From the NCBI GenBank assembly GCA_963825615.1, contig CAWGTV010000002.1, positions 29,520 through 93,519 of the forward strand: a DNA stretch of 64,000 bases, written 5' to 3'. This stretch comes from an uncultured delta proteobacterium. GTDB lineage: Bacteria; Desulfobacterota; Desulfuromonadia; Desulfuromonadales; BM103. The notes under the pieces were generated by a model. It was not told the DNA's origin. It saw only the letters and a list, made by a program, of their open reading frames with translations, and did no database searches. Position numbers and translations under genes: made by a program. Positions 8,815 through 19,851 of this stretch are shown in pieces. Position 1 is the stretch's first letter. Each line of letters opens with the position of its first letter.

Positions 8815-11592
8815 TCAGGCCAACGCCTGAAGGCAACGGTGACAGATTTCCGGATGCGCTTCGCTTGCACCGACGGTAGTTGCATAGTTCCAGCAGCGGG
8901 AACATTTCTCCCCTGCCGCTTTACTGACCCGAATCTTCAACCCCGCCAGGTTCTCTGCGGAGTGTCCTTCGGCCAGGCTGTCAGACACCTCGACCTGGGA
9001 GACGATAAAGAGTTCGGCAAGCTGTGCCGCTTCGCTTTTGAGCATTAGACCAAGATCACCGCTGGCCGAGAGTTCCACCCGAGCATCGAGAGAATGGCCG
9101 ATGATCTTTTCCGTACGGGCCTGCTCCAGGATCTTGGCGACATCGCTGCGCAGGGTCAACAAGCGATCGTATTTGGTTTCCAGGGCGTTATCGATCAGGC
9201 TGGCGGAAAAAATCGGGAAGTCGGCGAGGTGCACACTCGCTTCGCGCTCGCCCGGCAGAAAACTCCAGATCTCTTCGGCTGTGAATGACAGCACCGGGGC
9301 CATCATCCGGGTGAGGGCGTCGAGGATGCGGTACATGGCGGTCTGGGCGCTGCGCCGGGCCAGACCCGTGGTTGGCGAGGTGTAGAGCCGGTCCTTGAGA
9401 ATGTCGAGATAAAAAGCGCTCATGTCAACAGCGCAGAAATTATGTACGGCATGGTAAAGCACGTGGAAGTCGTAAGCCTCGTAGGCTTTCAAGACGCGTT
9501 TGACCAACCCCTCCAGGCGCGAGAGGGCCCAGCGGTCGATTTCGAGCAGGGCGCTGTCGGCAACAGTGTCGGTGGCCGGATCGAAATCGTGAATATTGCC
9601 GAGGATGTAGCGGGCCGTGTTGCGGATTCGCCGGTAAGCCTCGGAGACCTGTTTGAGTATGGCGTCGCCGACCCGGGTGTCGTTGCGGTAGTCTTGGGTG
9701 GCGACCCAGAGACGCAGAATTTCGGCACCGTACTGATTGATGACTTTCTCGGGCGCCACCACGTTGCCCACAGACTTGGACATCGGCCGGCCCTTTTCAT
9801 CGAGGACGAAGCCATGGGTCAGGACGGCCTTGTACGGTGCAGCATCACGGGTGCCGACTGCTGCCAGCAGGCTGGAGTGAAACCAGCCGCGGTGCTGGTC
9901 GCTGCCTTCCAGATAAAGGTCTGCCGGTGACTGCAGATGCTCGTTCTGTTCCACCACGGCGGCATGGGAAACGCCGGAATCGAACCAGACGTCGAGAATG
10001 TCCATCTCTTTGCGGAAATCGTCATGACCGCAGGCGGTGCAGGTAGTCCCTGCGGGGAGCAGTTCCCTGGACTCCTTCTCATACCAGATGTCGCTGCCGG
10101 TCTCTTCGAAGAGGTCGGCGACATGGTGCATGATCCTGCCGTCGGCGAGGGCTTCGTCGCACTTGCTGCAATAGAAGACCGTGATCGGTACGCCCCAACT
10201 GCGTTGGCGACTGATGCACCAGTCCGGGCGGTTCTCGATCATGTTGTAAATGCGGTCACGTCCCCAGTGGGGAATCCATTGCACATCGTTGATGTGCTGG
10301 AGCGCTTTCTCGCGCAGCTGGTTTGCCTCCATGGAAATGAACCACTGTTCGGTGGCGCGGAAAATGATCGGTTTCTTGCAGCGCCAGCAGTGCGGATAGC
10401 TGTGCGAGATCTTGCTTTCGCTGAGCAGAGCGCCGACTTCATCCAGCTTAGCAGTGACCTGGGGATTGACGTCCGGAACTCTGAGGCCGCCGAAAAATTC
10501 CAGGTCGTCCCGGTAACAGCCGTAGTCGTCCACCGGGTTGTAGATGTCCAGACCGTAGCGCAGGCCCGTCAGGTAGTCGTCATGTCCGTGGCCGGGGGCG
10601 GTATGCACGCAGCCGGTACCGGCTTCGAGGGTCACGTAGTCACCGAGCACCAGCAGCGAAGCACGGTCGTAGAGTGGATGCCGACAGGCACGCTTTTCGA
10701 ACGGCTCGGCCGAGAAGGTTTTGAGGACCTGGCAGTCTGTAATGCCAACGGCAGCCATTACCTTGGCGTAAAGACCCTCCGCCATGACCAGGATTTCCGC
10801 GCCGATATCAATCGCCACGTAGGGCAGCTCCGGATGAAGGCAGACCGCTAGGTTGGCCGGAATCGTCCAGGGTGTCGTCGTCCAGATCACGAAGGACAGC
10901 GGCTTTCCGCGCAGTTCCTCGAATCCTGGAGGAAGCTCCTCGCGGTAAGGGAATTTGACGTAAATCGACGGAGAGGAATGATCTTCGTATTCGACTTCGG
11001 CTTCGGCCAGGGCCGTGACGCATGACGAACACCAGTGGATCGGTTTTCGTCCCTTATAGAGCCCCCCACGTTCGGCGAAACGTGCCAGTTCCCGGGCAGT
11101 GGCCGCTTCGTAGTCGGCGGTCATGGTCAAATACGGGTGCTGCCAGTCACCGAAAATCCCAAGGCGACGGAACTCATCACTCTGAATCTGGACCCACTCC
11201 TGGGCATAGGTACGACATTCCCGGCGCACCTCGGCCTTACTCATCTCACGCTTTTTCTTGCCGAGCTTTTGATCGACTTTGAGTTCGATGGGCAGACCGT
11301 GGCAATCCCAGCCGGGAACGTAGGGTGCGTAAAAACCCTGCATGCGTTTGCTTTTGATGACAATGTCCTTGAGAATCTTATTCAGGGCATGGCCGATATG
11401 GATGTTTCCGTTGGCGTATGGGGGGCCGTCGTGCAGGGTGAAGTTCGGCTTGCCGAGAACCGGTTCACTGACCAGTCGGTCGATTTCAAGATCCGCCCAA
11501 CGCTGCATGATCTCCGGTTCGCGCTGCGGTAGGTTGCCGCGCATCGGAAAGTCGGTTACCGGAAGATTGAGAGTCTCTTTGTAGTCCATCAT
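8815..11592 (-). CDS. ileS: Isoleucyl-tRNA synthetase
   Basis: 925 aa. HIGH region PYANGNIHIGH, KMSKS-type PMSKSVGN, and a C-terminal zinc finger CSRCWNY...CHRC. Confidence 0.95.
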   Translation of the reverse strand: MMDYKETLNLPVTDFPMRGNLPQREPEIMQRWADLEIDRLVSEPVLGKPNFTLHDGPPYANGNIHIGHALNKILKDIVIKSKRMQGFYAPYVPGWDCHGLPIELKVDQKLGKKKREMSKAEVRRECRTYAQEWVQIQSDEFRRLGIFGDWQHPYLTMTADYEAATARELARFAERGGLYKGRKPIHWCSSCVTALAEAEVEYEDHSSPSIYVKFPYREELPPGFEELRGKPLSFVIWTTTPWTIPANLAVCLHPELPYVAIDIGAEILVMAEGLYAKVMAAVGITDCQVLKTFSAEPFEKRACRHPLYDRASLLVLGDYVTLEAGTGCVHTAPGHGHDDYLTGLRYGLDIYNPVDDYGCYRDDLEFFGGLRVPDVNPQVTAKLDEVGALLSESKISHSYPHCWRCKKPIIFRATEQWFISMEANQLREKALQHINDVQWIPHWGRDRIYNMIENRPDWCISRQRSWGVPITVFYCSKCDEALADGRIMHHVADLFEETGSDIWYEKESRELLPAGTTCTACGHDDFRKEMDILDVWFDSGVSHAAVVEQNEHLQSPADLYLEGSDQHRGWFHSSLLAAVGTRDAAPYKAVLTHGFVLDEKGRPMSKSVGNVVAPEKVINQYGAEILRLWVATQDYRNDTRVGDAILKQVSEAYRRIRNTARYILGNIHDFDPATDTVADSALLEIDRWALSRLEGLVKRVLKAYEAYDFHVLYHAVHNFCAVDMSAFYLDILKDRLYTSPTTGLARRSAQTAMYRILDALTRMMAPVLSFTAEEIWSFLPGEREASVHLADFPIFSASLIDNALETKYDRLLTLRSDVAKILEQARTEKIIGHSLDARVELSASGDLGLMLKSEAAQLAELFIVSQVEVSDSLAEGHSAENLAGLKIRVSKAAGEKCSRCWNYATTVGASEAHPEICHRCLQALA

Positions 11593-11740
11593 TCAGCTCC
11601 GCAGGCCCCCTTGTGGTGCAGATTTAGAACTTGGCAACTTATCAAAATGGCTGAATAAGTCAAGGTAAATCAGGGCATTTGCCGGGAGTCAAAAGCTTTG
11701 CAAAGGGGTGATGCTTGCAGATGTCGCTTTGCTGCGGTAC

Positions 11741-12442
11741 TCACGCTGAACTTTGCTTTGGTGGGTCGGTCCCGGGTGGCTGAGCGGCGAGGCATTTTTG
11801 CTTGAGTGGGCAATCCTCACAGAAGGTCTGGTTTTTACGGCAGCAGGTTTTGGCCAGTTGCACGATTTGGGCGTGGTATTCATTGTAAAGCTGAACGTCC
11901 TCGGGAAGGTTCTGCATGAACATCTGCCGGATCTCGTTATAGTTCTCTCCACCCTGCAACAGGCCGAAGCGCGTGAAAATGCGCCTGGTGTAGGCATCGA
12001 CGACAAAGGAAGGTCGGCCGGCGGCATAGAGCAGAATGGAGTCGGCGGTTTCAGGGCCGACCCCTTCCAAGGACAGCAACCTTGTCCTGGCGACATCGAG
12101 GGGTCCACTACAGAATGCAGTCAGGTCCGATTGCCATTCTTCCACGAGGTGTTTTGCCAGGGTTTGCAGGCGCAGCGATTTCTGCCGAAAAAAACCGGCC
12201 GGCCGGATCAGTCCTTCGAGTTGGGAGAGGGGCAGTGTCGCCAGCCTCTCAGGGGAGAGCGCCTCCGCTTGCCGGAGATTCCCAATGGCCCGCTCGACGT
12301 TGGTCCAGGCTGTGTTTTGGGTCAGGATGGCACCGACGACAACCTCGAAAGGGCTCTCTGCCGGCCACCATTGGCGCGGGCCAAAATGCTCTTGAAGTTG
12401 CTGTTGAATGAACAGGAGGAGATGATCTGTGTGGATGTGCAT
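11741..12442 (-). CDS. Endonuclease III-related HhH-GPD base-excision protein with a C-terminal Fe-S Cys cluster
   Basis: Segments GAILTQNTAWTNVERAI and LLSLEGVGPETADSILLYA (HhH-GPD), plus the Cys cluster C..C..C...C at the C-terminus. The start is set at MHIHTDHLL (ATG 12442). Confidence 0.7.
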   Translation of the reverse strand: MHIHTDHLLLFIQQQLQEHFGPRQWWPAESPFEVVVGAILTQNTAWTNVERAIGNLRQAEALSPERLATLPLSQLEGLIRPAGFFRQKSLRLQTLAKHLVEEWQSDLTAFCSGPLDVARTRLLSLEGVGPETADSILLYAAGRPSFVVDAYTRRIFTRFGLLQGGENYNEIRQMFMQNLPEDVQLYNEYHAQIVQLAKTCCRKNQTFCEDCPLKQKCLAAQPPGTDPPKQSSA

Positions 12443-12488
12443 GACAGGTCGGCGATGGCGGACAGCGCATGGTGTCCGGGTAACCTGC

Positions 12489-13996
12489 TTAATGCTCAAC
12501 TTCGGGCTGCTGAGCTAAGTTGGGAGCTTTCGGCACTGAAACACAGAAGGTTGCACCCCCCCCGGGGGTCTGTTCTACCCAGGCCTCGCCGCCGCAGCGC
12601 AGGGCGACTTTGCGCACTATGGCCAGGCCAACTCCCGTGCCGCGCTGCTGTTTGGCTGCCTTGCCGCGATAAAAAATATCGAAGATCGCTTCCCGTTCAT
12701 GGTAGGGGATCCCCGGGCCATGATCACGGACAAAGTAGGTGATGTTTTTCTTCTCCTCCCAGCAGCCGATTTCAATGGCGCCGCTTTCTTTCGGTACATA
12801 GTTGCAGGCGTTGCCGAGCAGGTTGGCAAACAGTTGATATACCAGGGCGTCCGGGAGCCACGACTTTGGCAATTCATCGCTAACGATCTCACGGTCGTCG
12901 ACAATTTTCGTCACGTCTCAGCTCATGCATAACTTCGTCGACGATCTTGTTGACATCTGTGAGCTGCTTGCCGGGCGTTATGTGGCCAACCTGCGCAAGG
13001 TCGAGAAGATCGTCTAGCAGGGCAATGGCACGTTCACTTTGCCGTTCCACTTCGGCGAGAACCTGCAGAACCTGTTCGTCGAAAACGTCGCTGTAAGTTA
13101 TGCGCAGGAAGTCCATGTAGGTGACTACCGGAGACAGGATGCCGCGCAGGTCGTGGGAGATGGAGTGGGCGAAGGCGTCGAGTTCGCGGTTGGCTTCCCT
13201 TAAGTCCAGTTCGGTCTTTTTGCGTTCGGTGATGTCCCTGCAGACGGCAAGCTTCTGCTGGAGACTCGTCTTCGTCCGGCAAGGGGGTATGGATGATTTC
13301 ATAGAACCTGCCATGGTTGCCGAGTTGGCGCTCATCACGCATCGTACGTTGCTTGAACACCTTGTCCATAGGACACCATGAGCACACGGCATGTTCGTTA
13401 TGCAGAACCTCGTGACAGGGCTCACCGACCCGATCGCCGAATATTTCCAGCATGGAGCGGTTCATGAATGTCAGGACATGCTCTTCCGTGGCGATGTAAG
13501 CCATGTCGTCCATGTTGTCGAGTACGGTGCGGAAGCGGGTTTCACTCTTCTTGAGTTCGGCAGTGCGCTCCTTGACGCGTGCCTCGAGAGTCACTGTCTG
13601 CTCGCGGAAAGAGGCTTCCAGGGATTTCTGGCGCGTCACATCGATGAACGATTCGATGCCGCCGATGATTTCTCCTGCGGAGTTGCGCAGGTAATCCATG
13701 TTTTTGAGCAGGTGTATTGTTTCACCGGACTTGTTCACGATGGTACATTGACCGTCAATGATCGGCTTGGGCTTTTTCGAGTTGAACAGTCCGCAGCTGT
13801 CACCACACGGAATGCCTTGCAGAAATGAACAGTGCTGGCCGACGGCTTCTGCTGCAGAATAGCCGGTGATTCGCTCGGCGGCGGGGTTCCAGTAGAGAAT
13901 CTGCATCTCTGTGTCGACGACGTAAAGGCCGCTGGGAATTGTCGCCAGGGCCTGCTCGAGCGTGATGTTCTCTATGATTGAATTAAAAAGGGTCAT
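12489..13996 (-). pseudogene. PAS-domain sensor histidine kinase split over three frames
   Basis: The PAS part is at 13034-13996. The HisKA part (FAHSISHDLRGIL) sits in the 12889-13425 frame. The HATPase_c part (DHGPGIP, GTGVGLAIV) sits in the 12489-12914 frame. Frame changes are near 13262-13266 and 12905-12925. Confidence 0.75.
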
Positions 13997-14070
13997 TTCA
14001 TCAATTGTATCCTGGATAAGTACCGGGACATTTTAGCAGACATGCGCCGCTTGCGACAATCATTGATTCA

Positions 14071-14820
14071 TCAGGACCGACCGACAACGGCAACCTGAAC
14101 ATCTGCCGCGCCTCCAAGTAGCAGTATACGGCAGTATTCGCGCACGGTTTCGCCGGTGCTCATAACATCATCGACCAGCAGGGTCCTGAGCCCGGCAACC
14201 TCGGCATTCAGGGCAAAAGCGTTGCTTAGGTTGCTTTTACGCTCGGCAGCGGTCAACCCTTGCTGCGGCGGTGTCCTGCGGGCGCTCTGCAGCAGGCCGG
14301 TGCAGGGTGGCACACGCAACTGGCAGGCAAGCGTCTCGGCAAGTTCGAGCGCCTGGGTGTAGCCGCGTTTTTTCAGTCGCTGCGGGTGCAGCGGAACCGG
14401 AACGATGCGGTGCGGGATGAACACCCGTCTTTTTGCTGCGGACGATCATGGCCAGACGTTGTCCAAGAGGTCTCGCCAGGGCGACTGATCTCGGTATTTC
14501 AAGCGCTGCACGGCGTCTCTGAGGGTCCCTTGATAGAGACCGGCAGCGTGAACGATGGAGAATGGTGGCGGTTGTTTATGGCAGGTGCTGCAGAGGTGTT
14601 TCGAGGTTGCATCGGGGAAAGGCTGCGCACACAGCAGGCAGTGTGCCGGGCCGATTGCCGACATGCAGGCCTAGCAATCCCAGCAGAAGGACTTATGGCC
14701 ACTGTCGCTGGCCAGTCGGCGGCCACAGAGCAGGCATGCCGGCGGCAAGAGCAAGTCGACGCATGCGGTCAAGACTCGGAAGTCGGTCCACACAGTACCG
14801 CTCCAGGGTGAACAAAACAT
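14071..14820 (-). pseudogene. comF: ComF/GntX-family phosphoribosyltransferase-like protein, frameshifted
   Basis: The N-terminal Cys-rich part (LLLPPACLLCG...FCWDC) and a second zinc-finger part (CLLCAQPF...CSTCHK) are in different frames. The PRTase part LLVDDVMSTGETV is in the 14071-14424 frame. There are at least 2 frame changes. Confidence 0.65.
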
Positions 14821-14872
14821 AACAAACGAGCGAGTCAGCTCGAAAAAAACACCCGGTAAAACAGGGTGCAAA

Positions 14873-16405
14873 TTATACGATCAGGTTCTTGCCGGTCATC
14901 TCTGCCGGAACCGGAAGGCCCAGCAGATTGAGGATGGTTGGGGCAAGATCGGCGAGGATGCCCTGGCTGCAGTCTGGCCTGCTGGTTGTCGGGGTCGACC
15001 AGGATCAAAGGGACCCGGTTGGCCGTATGTGCCGTATGCGGTGAACCGTTGCGGTCAGCCATCAACTCGCAGTTACCGTGGTCGGCTGTGATCAGGGCGC
15101 AGCCGCCGGCTTCAAGCAGGGCGTCGACGATGCGTCCGGTGCAGCTGTCGACCGTTTCCATGGCCGCTACGGCCGCAGCGAGCACACCGGTGTGACCGAC
15201 CATGTCGGGGTTGGCAAAATTCAGGATGATCAGGTCATAGGTCCCCTGCCGGATCCGCCTGATCACCTCATCTGTCACTTCCAGGGCGCTCATGGCCGGC
15301 TTCAGGTCGTAGGTGGCGACATCCTTGGGTGACGGGATCAGCACCCGGTCTTCGTTGGCATAAGGGATTTCGTTGCCGCCATTGAAGAAGAAGGTGACAT
15401 GGGCATATTTTTCCGTTTCCGCAATCCGCAACTGATGCAGCCCCGCATCAGCGACCACTTCTCCCAGGAGCTTGGGGTAACTTTCGGCGGCAAAGGCTGC
15501 CGGCAGATGGAATGTTTCGTCGTACTCGGTGAGGCCGACAAAGACCGATAGCTCTGGGGTCTCTGAACGCTCGAAGGCGGAGAAGTCTGGCTGGGTGAAG
15601 GTGCGGGTAATCTCCCTGGCACGATCAGCGCGGAAGTTGAAGAATATGATGCCGTCTTTGTCGTTGATGCGACCGACTGGCCGACCGTCGCGGCAAATGA
15701 CCCGCGGCTCAATGAATTCATCAGTCTGACCGGCCGCATAGGCCGACTGGATTGCTGCTGCACCCGATTCGGCCTGCCGCCCCTGGCCAAGGGTCATCGC
15801 CTGCCAGGCCCTCGCCACGCGCTCCCAGCGGTTGTCACGATCCATGGCATAGTAGCGGCCGATGACCGTCGCCAGGCAACCGTGGTTCAAACGCGTCATC
15901 TCTGTTTCGAGTTGCGCAAGGTAGCCGGCACCACTCTTGGGGGGCGTGTCACGGCCGTCCATGAAAGCGTGAACGTAGGTGGCAACCCCCTCGCGCTTCG
16001 CCAGTTCGATCAGGGCATAGAGGTGTTTGATGTGAGAATGGACCCCGCCATCTGATACGAGCCCCATCAGGTGCAGTTTGCCGCCGGCGCTGCGAATGTG
16101 GCGCAAGGCCTCGAGCAGGACCGGGTTGGTAAAGAAGTCGCCTTCTTCGATGCTGCGGCTGATGCGGGTCAGTTCCTGGTAAATGACCCGGCCAGCGCCG
16201 ATGTTGAGGTGGCCGACTTCCGAATTGCCCATCTGACCTTCGGGCAGGCCGACGTTGAGTCCGGAGGCGTTCAGCCAGGACGTTCGGGTAGCTTTTGGGC
16301 GAGCTCTTTAAGTCGTGGGGTGCGCGCCTGACAGACGGCGTTGTTCTCGCACTCTTCGTTGATTCCCCATCCATCCAGAATGATCAGTGCAACCGGTTTT
16401 CTCAT
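14873..16405 (-). pseudogene. gpmI: 2,3-bisphosphoglycerate-independent phosphoglycerate mutase, about three frame changes
   Basis: The N-terminus MRKPVALIILDGWGI...NAVCQARTP, the segment SYPNV, and [23 protein letters not shown] lie in three frames (changes near 16295 and 16278). The true C-terminus [28 protein letters not shown] lies in another frame (change near 14961-14963, a GGG run). The total span is about 511 codons, normal for GpmI. The ATG overlaps the lapB stop (ATGA). Confidence 0.85.
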
Positions 16406-17784
16406 GCACCTTGCCATTCTTTCTGCTCGCCATGATGAATAATCATCTTGTCCAGTTCAAGCGGTCGGGCCTCCTGGATGACTTTGCGGTCGATCAGGCT
16501 GCTCGTGTCCCACTTGCCGCACGCCGGGCAGCGGCTGTTCCACTCGGGAGTGACGTGCTGGCACTCTTCGCAGAAGAAGTTGAGGTGCAGGCGCTTGGAG
16601 ATGCCCAACGCCTTCTGGTATTCATTGATCGCCAGATCCGTTTGGCGGCAGCGGCGATAGGTTTCCGCCAGCAACAGGTGAACCTGCGAGGACTCGACGC
16701 CCGAACTCTCCACCGCCTGCAGTTGTTCTTTTGCTTCATCAACTATTTCCAGGCGCAGGCAGAGCTTGCCGTAGAAAAGGCGGAACATGAGGTCGTTGCC
16801 CTGTTCGAGGACCTGGCTGCGGAAAAAGTTAAGCAGCGATGAGGGGTCTTCGCGCTCCATGAAATAATCCTCGAGGCGTTCGAGGAAAATCCCTTTGCCG
16901 AGCTTCCGGTAGCCGTCCTGCCAGACCTTGACAGCCTCATCACCGCGATTCATCGCGGCATAGGCGTCACCGAGGGCAACCTTTGCCGGGGCAAAATCGG
17001 CCTTCTGGCGCAGGATGTCTTTCAGCTCCGATTTGGCATCTTCGGGGGTGCCGTTGTTGATTGCCTGGTGGGCCACTTCGTAACGCAGGTAAAGGAGCAG
17101 TTCCTTCTCCTGTTCAACACGGTTGGCGCCGGGGCCGGCCTTGAGCACCTGACGTTGGCTGTCCAGGGCCTCTTGCCAGCGGTTGTCCTTGATGTAGAGA
17201 TCGCGCAGGGCACGCAAGGCCTTGCGGTTGTCTTTTTCCTGGGCAATCAATGCCTGGTAGGAGGCGATGGCGTCTTCGTCATTGCCGGTCTCCTCCTGGA
17301 TGGATGCTGTTTTGAAGAGCACTTCCATGCTTTTCTGGTCGATTTCATGGGCCTTACGCAGGAGTTCCAGACCTTCGGCAGGATTGCCTTCCTGGCTGGC
17401 CAGGCTGGCCAGGGCAATCAAGGTGTCAACCCGCCTGGGGTCTCGATCCAGCGCTTTGGTAAGCAGGGTCCGGGCTTTCTTGAGGTCACCGGACAGGAGC
17501 CGGCCGACGCCCTCGCGGTAGATCGTGCTGATCTCCCGCTGCTTTTTCTCGAAGCGATCGCGGTTCCAGTGCGTCATCCAGTGGGCAAAAGTGCTGTACA
17601 CGTGTGCGCTGAAGCCAAGGATCAGGCCGACGATGATGCAGCCGATCACGACCATTGCCACCGGATAGGTCAGGGCCTGCTCGGGCAGGTAGAAAACCGT
17701 GACCATGTGGGGGTTGAGCCCCCAGAAATAGAGAAAAAAGAGCACAAAGAAAATAAACAGCAGGATCACGGCCATGAATGTCAT
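16402..17784 (-). CDS. lapB: LapB/YciM-like TPR protein with N-terminal TM segments and a C-terminal rubredoxin-type zinc finger
   Basis: 460 aa. Hydrophobic N-terminus, multiple TPR-like repeats, and C-terminal FFCEECQHV...CPACGKWD. Confidence 0.65.
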   Translation of the reverse strand: MTFMAVILLFIFFVLFFLYFWGLNPHMVTVFYLPEQALTYPVAMVVIGCIIVGLILGFSAHVYSTFAHWMTHWNRDRFEKKQREISTIYREGVGRLLSGDLKKARTLLTKALDRDPRRVDTLIALASLASQEGNPAEGLELLRKAHEIDQKSMEVLFKTASIQEETGNDEDAIASYQALIAQEKDNRKALRALRDLYIKDNRWQEALDSQRQVLKAGPGANRVEQEKELLLYLRYEVAHQAINNGTPEDAKSELKDILRQKADFAPAKVALGDAYAAMNRGDEAVKVWQDGYRKLGKGIFLERLEDYFMEREDPSSLLNFFRSQVLEQGNDLMFRLFYGKLCLRLEIVDEAKEQLQAVESSGVESSQVHLLLAETYRRCRQTDLAINEYQKALGISKRLHLNFFCEECQHVTPEWNSRCPACGKWDTSSLIDRKVIQEARPLELDKMIIHHGEQKEWQGA

Positions 17785-17824
17785 TGTTTCCTCCCGGAAT
17801 TCACTCCGTCAAGAGTGAGGGGTG

Positions 17825-18175
17825 CTACTCCCCGAATTTTTCTATGTCGGTTTTACACTCAATACAATAGCGCGAAAAAGGCCGGACTTCCATGCGGCGC
17901 GGCGATATTTCCTCCCCGCAGCTCATGCAGATGCCGTAAGCACCCTTTTCGATCTGGTCCAGCGCCACATCGATGTCGTGGATACGTTGGCGCTGGGTTT
18001 CACTGAGGTTGAAGAGCACATCGCGGCTGTAGGCCAGAGAAGACATGTCACCTATGTCGGGCACTCCGTCCTGCCCTATCTCACGACAGGTTTCATACGA
18101 ATTGCTGACTTCCTGTATCAGCTCCTGGCGTTGTTTGAGTAACTGCTCTTTGGCCTTGGCAAACCTTCCACTCAT
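17825..18175 (-). CDS. DksA/TraR-family C4 zinc-finger protein
   Basis: 116 aa with a coiled-coil N-terminus and CMSCGEEI...RYCIEC. Confidence 0.75.
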   Translation of the reverse strand: MSGRFAKAKEQLLKQRQELIQEVSNSYETCREIGQDGVPDIGDMSSLAYSRDVLFNLSETQRQRIHDIDVALDQIEKGAYGICMSCGEEISPRRMEVRPFSRYCIECKTDIEKFGE

Positions 18176-18313
18176 GCTCCGCTCCTTGGTGGCGTGTAAA
18201 TCCTATTCTCAAAATATATCGTTACAGTTAACCACAAAAGTGGGGTTTCATGCGAAAAAAAAACATGCTGCGCGAGCTAGTTTGCCATCCTTCAGGAGGT
18301 CGGCGGGCAACCG

Positions 18314-18785
18314 CTAATGATGGTAGGGTTCATTGCGGAGGATCGTGCAGCAGCGATAGAGTTGCTCAAGGAGCAGCAGTCGCGCCATCTGATGTGTCAG
18401 GGTCATTGGTGAAAGTGACAGGACCAGGTCTGCCCGCTTGCGCAAATTCTGCACTCAGGCCGTAGGGCCCACCGATCAGCAGGGTCCATTCCGGGATGCT
18501 GCGCACCATGTGGTCGTTCATGAACTCGGCCAACTGCTCGGAACGCATATTTTTGCCGCCTTGATCCAGGGCGATAACGAAAGACCCCTGGGGGATGCGC
18601 TGCTCGAGATTCTCCCCCTCTGTCGCAATGATTTTTGGTAAATCCTGTTTACGACCGGTTTTGTGCTCCTTGATTTCAGTGATGGTCAGTGGCAGGTAGC
18701 GTTTGAGCCGTTCGGCGAATTCGTCGCAACCTGCCCTCAGAAAAGGCAAGGTCAGGCGGCCGATGCAGAGCAGGTTCAATCTCAT
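18314..18785 (-). pseudogene. rlmH: 23S rRNA (pseudouridine1915-N3)-methyltransferase RlmH, one frame change near the C-terminus
   Basis: SPOUT body up to [10 protein letters not shown]. The conserved tail [35 protein letters not shown] is in another frame, with the change near the GGG run at 18433-18435. Confidence 0.8.
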
Positions 18786-19246
18786 GAGACGTTCTGTACC
18801 GCCCTAGGTTCATCGTCGAGCACCTTGACCTCTTCTGCATCGCACCAGAGCCCGTCCAGGTCGTAAAAGTGCCGGACCGGTTCGTGGAAGACATGCACCA
18901 TCACATCACCATAGTCGATGAGCACCCAACGCCCCTCGTTGAGGCCTTCGATGCCGATCGGCATGGTGTCATGCTCTTTTTTCAAGCCCAGGTGTACGGA
19001 TTCAGCGGCTGCTTTGACCTGGCGATCGGAGCTGCCGGAAGCGAGCACGAGAAAATCTGTCAGTGATGAAATCTTGCGAACGTCGAGGATGCGAACGTTA
19101 AAGGCTTTCTTGTCGAGAATGAAGGCGGCGCATTTTTGCGCCCGGTCTTGCGATTGCAAATCAATGACTCCCTTTGGTTGTTTACCGATGTTAAAACGAC
19201 CCGGTGTGGTAGAGGCCATGCTCTTCAATGTAGTCAGCGACCTCAT
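18782..19246 (-). CDS. rsfS: Ribosome silencing factor RsfS (start codon uncertain, possibly further downstream)
   Basis: Segments FNVRILDVRKISSLTDFLVLASGSSDRQVKA and WVLIDYGDVMVHVF are typical of RsfS/Iojap. The nadD-rsfS-rlmH order is typical. Confidence 0.8.
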   Translation of the reverse strand: MRSLTTLKSMASTTPGRFNIGKQPKGVIDLQSQDRAQKCAAFILDKKAFNVRILDVRKISSLTDFLVLASGSSDRQVKAAAESVHLGLKKEHDTMPIGIEGLNEGRWVLIDYGDVMVHVFHEPVRHFYDLDGLWCDAEEVKVLDDEPRAVQNVS

Positions 19247-19844
19247 TTGGCACCAGGTGTCGGATCGATTGGCCTTTGGCCAGCAGTCTGCGAATCTGTG
19301 ATGAAGAAATATCCAGACAAATTTCTTTTAAAAAAATCAAGTAATTGCCTGACTTGTGCCGGATTTTAGCCGAGTGTTTATCGTAGCAGAAGTCTGTGTG
19401 CATCGCAACGGGCAGGGGGGCAAGCGGATTGCTTAGCTCCACGCCAGGGCGGGTCGTCACCACCAGGTGGCTGAGGCTGAAGATCCGGGCGAAGTCTTTC
19501 CATGAGGCGATGTCGCGATAAGAATCGAGGCCTATGATGAAGTAGCGCTCGCCGTGTGGATCTTCACGGCGCAGGATTTCGAGGGTATCGACCGAGAAAC
19601 TTTTGCCGCTGCGGCGTATCTCCAGATCCGAGGCCTGGAAACCAGGATGGCTGCGGATGGCAACTTCGACCATCGCCAGACGCTGCTGGAAGGAGACCTC
19701 TCCGGCAACTGTTTTGTGGGGTGGCTCGGCGGCCGGGATGAACAGGACCCTGTCAAGTTGACAGGTTTGCTGCACTTCCTCGGCAATGCGCAGGTGAGCA
19801 AGGTGAATCGGATTGAATGTGCCGCCGAGGATACCGGTCTTCAT
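19191..19844 (-). CDS. nadD: Nicotinate-nucleotide adenylyltransferase
   Basis: The start is set at MKTGILGGTFNPIHLAHL (ATG 19844), which carries the GxFxPxHxxH motif. Confidence 0.85.
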   Translation of the reverse strand: MKTGILGGTFNPIHLAHLRIAEEVQQTCQLDRVLFIPAAEPPHKTVAGEVSFQQRLAMVEVAIRSHPGFQASDLEIRRSGKSFSVDTLEILRREDPHGERYFIIGLDSYRDIASWKDFARIFSLSHLVVTTRPGVELSNPLAPLPVAMHTDFCYDKHSAKIRHKSGNYLIFLKEICLDISSSQIRRLLAKGQSIRHLVPNEVADYIEEHGLYHTGSF

Positions 19845-19851
19845 CGCGTGT

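Noticed and set aside
8682-8885. The N-terminal 68-codon extension of the lspA track ORF.
   Set aside because: The extension overlaps the 3' end of ileS, is Arg/Pro-rich and is not LspA-like. The internal ATG gives a normal-length signal peptidase II.
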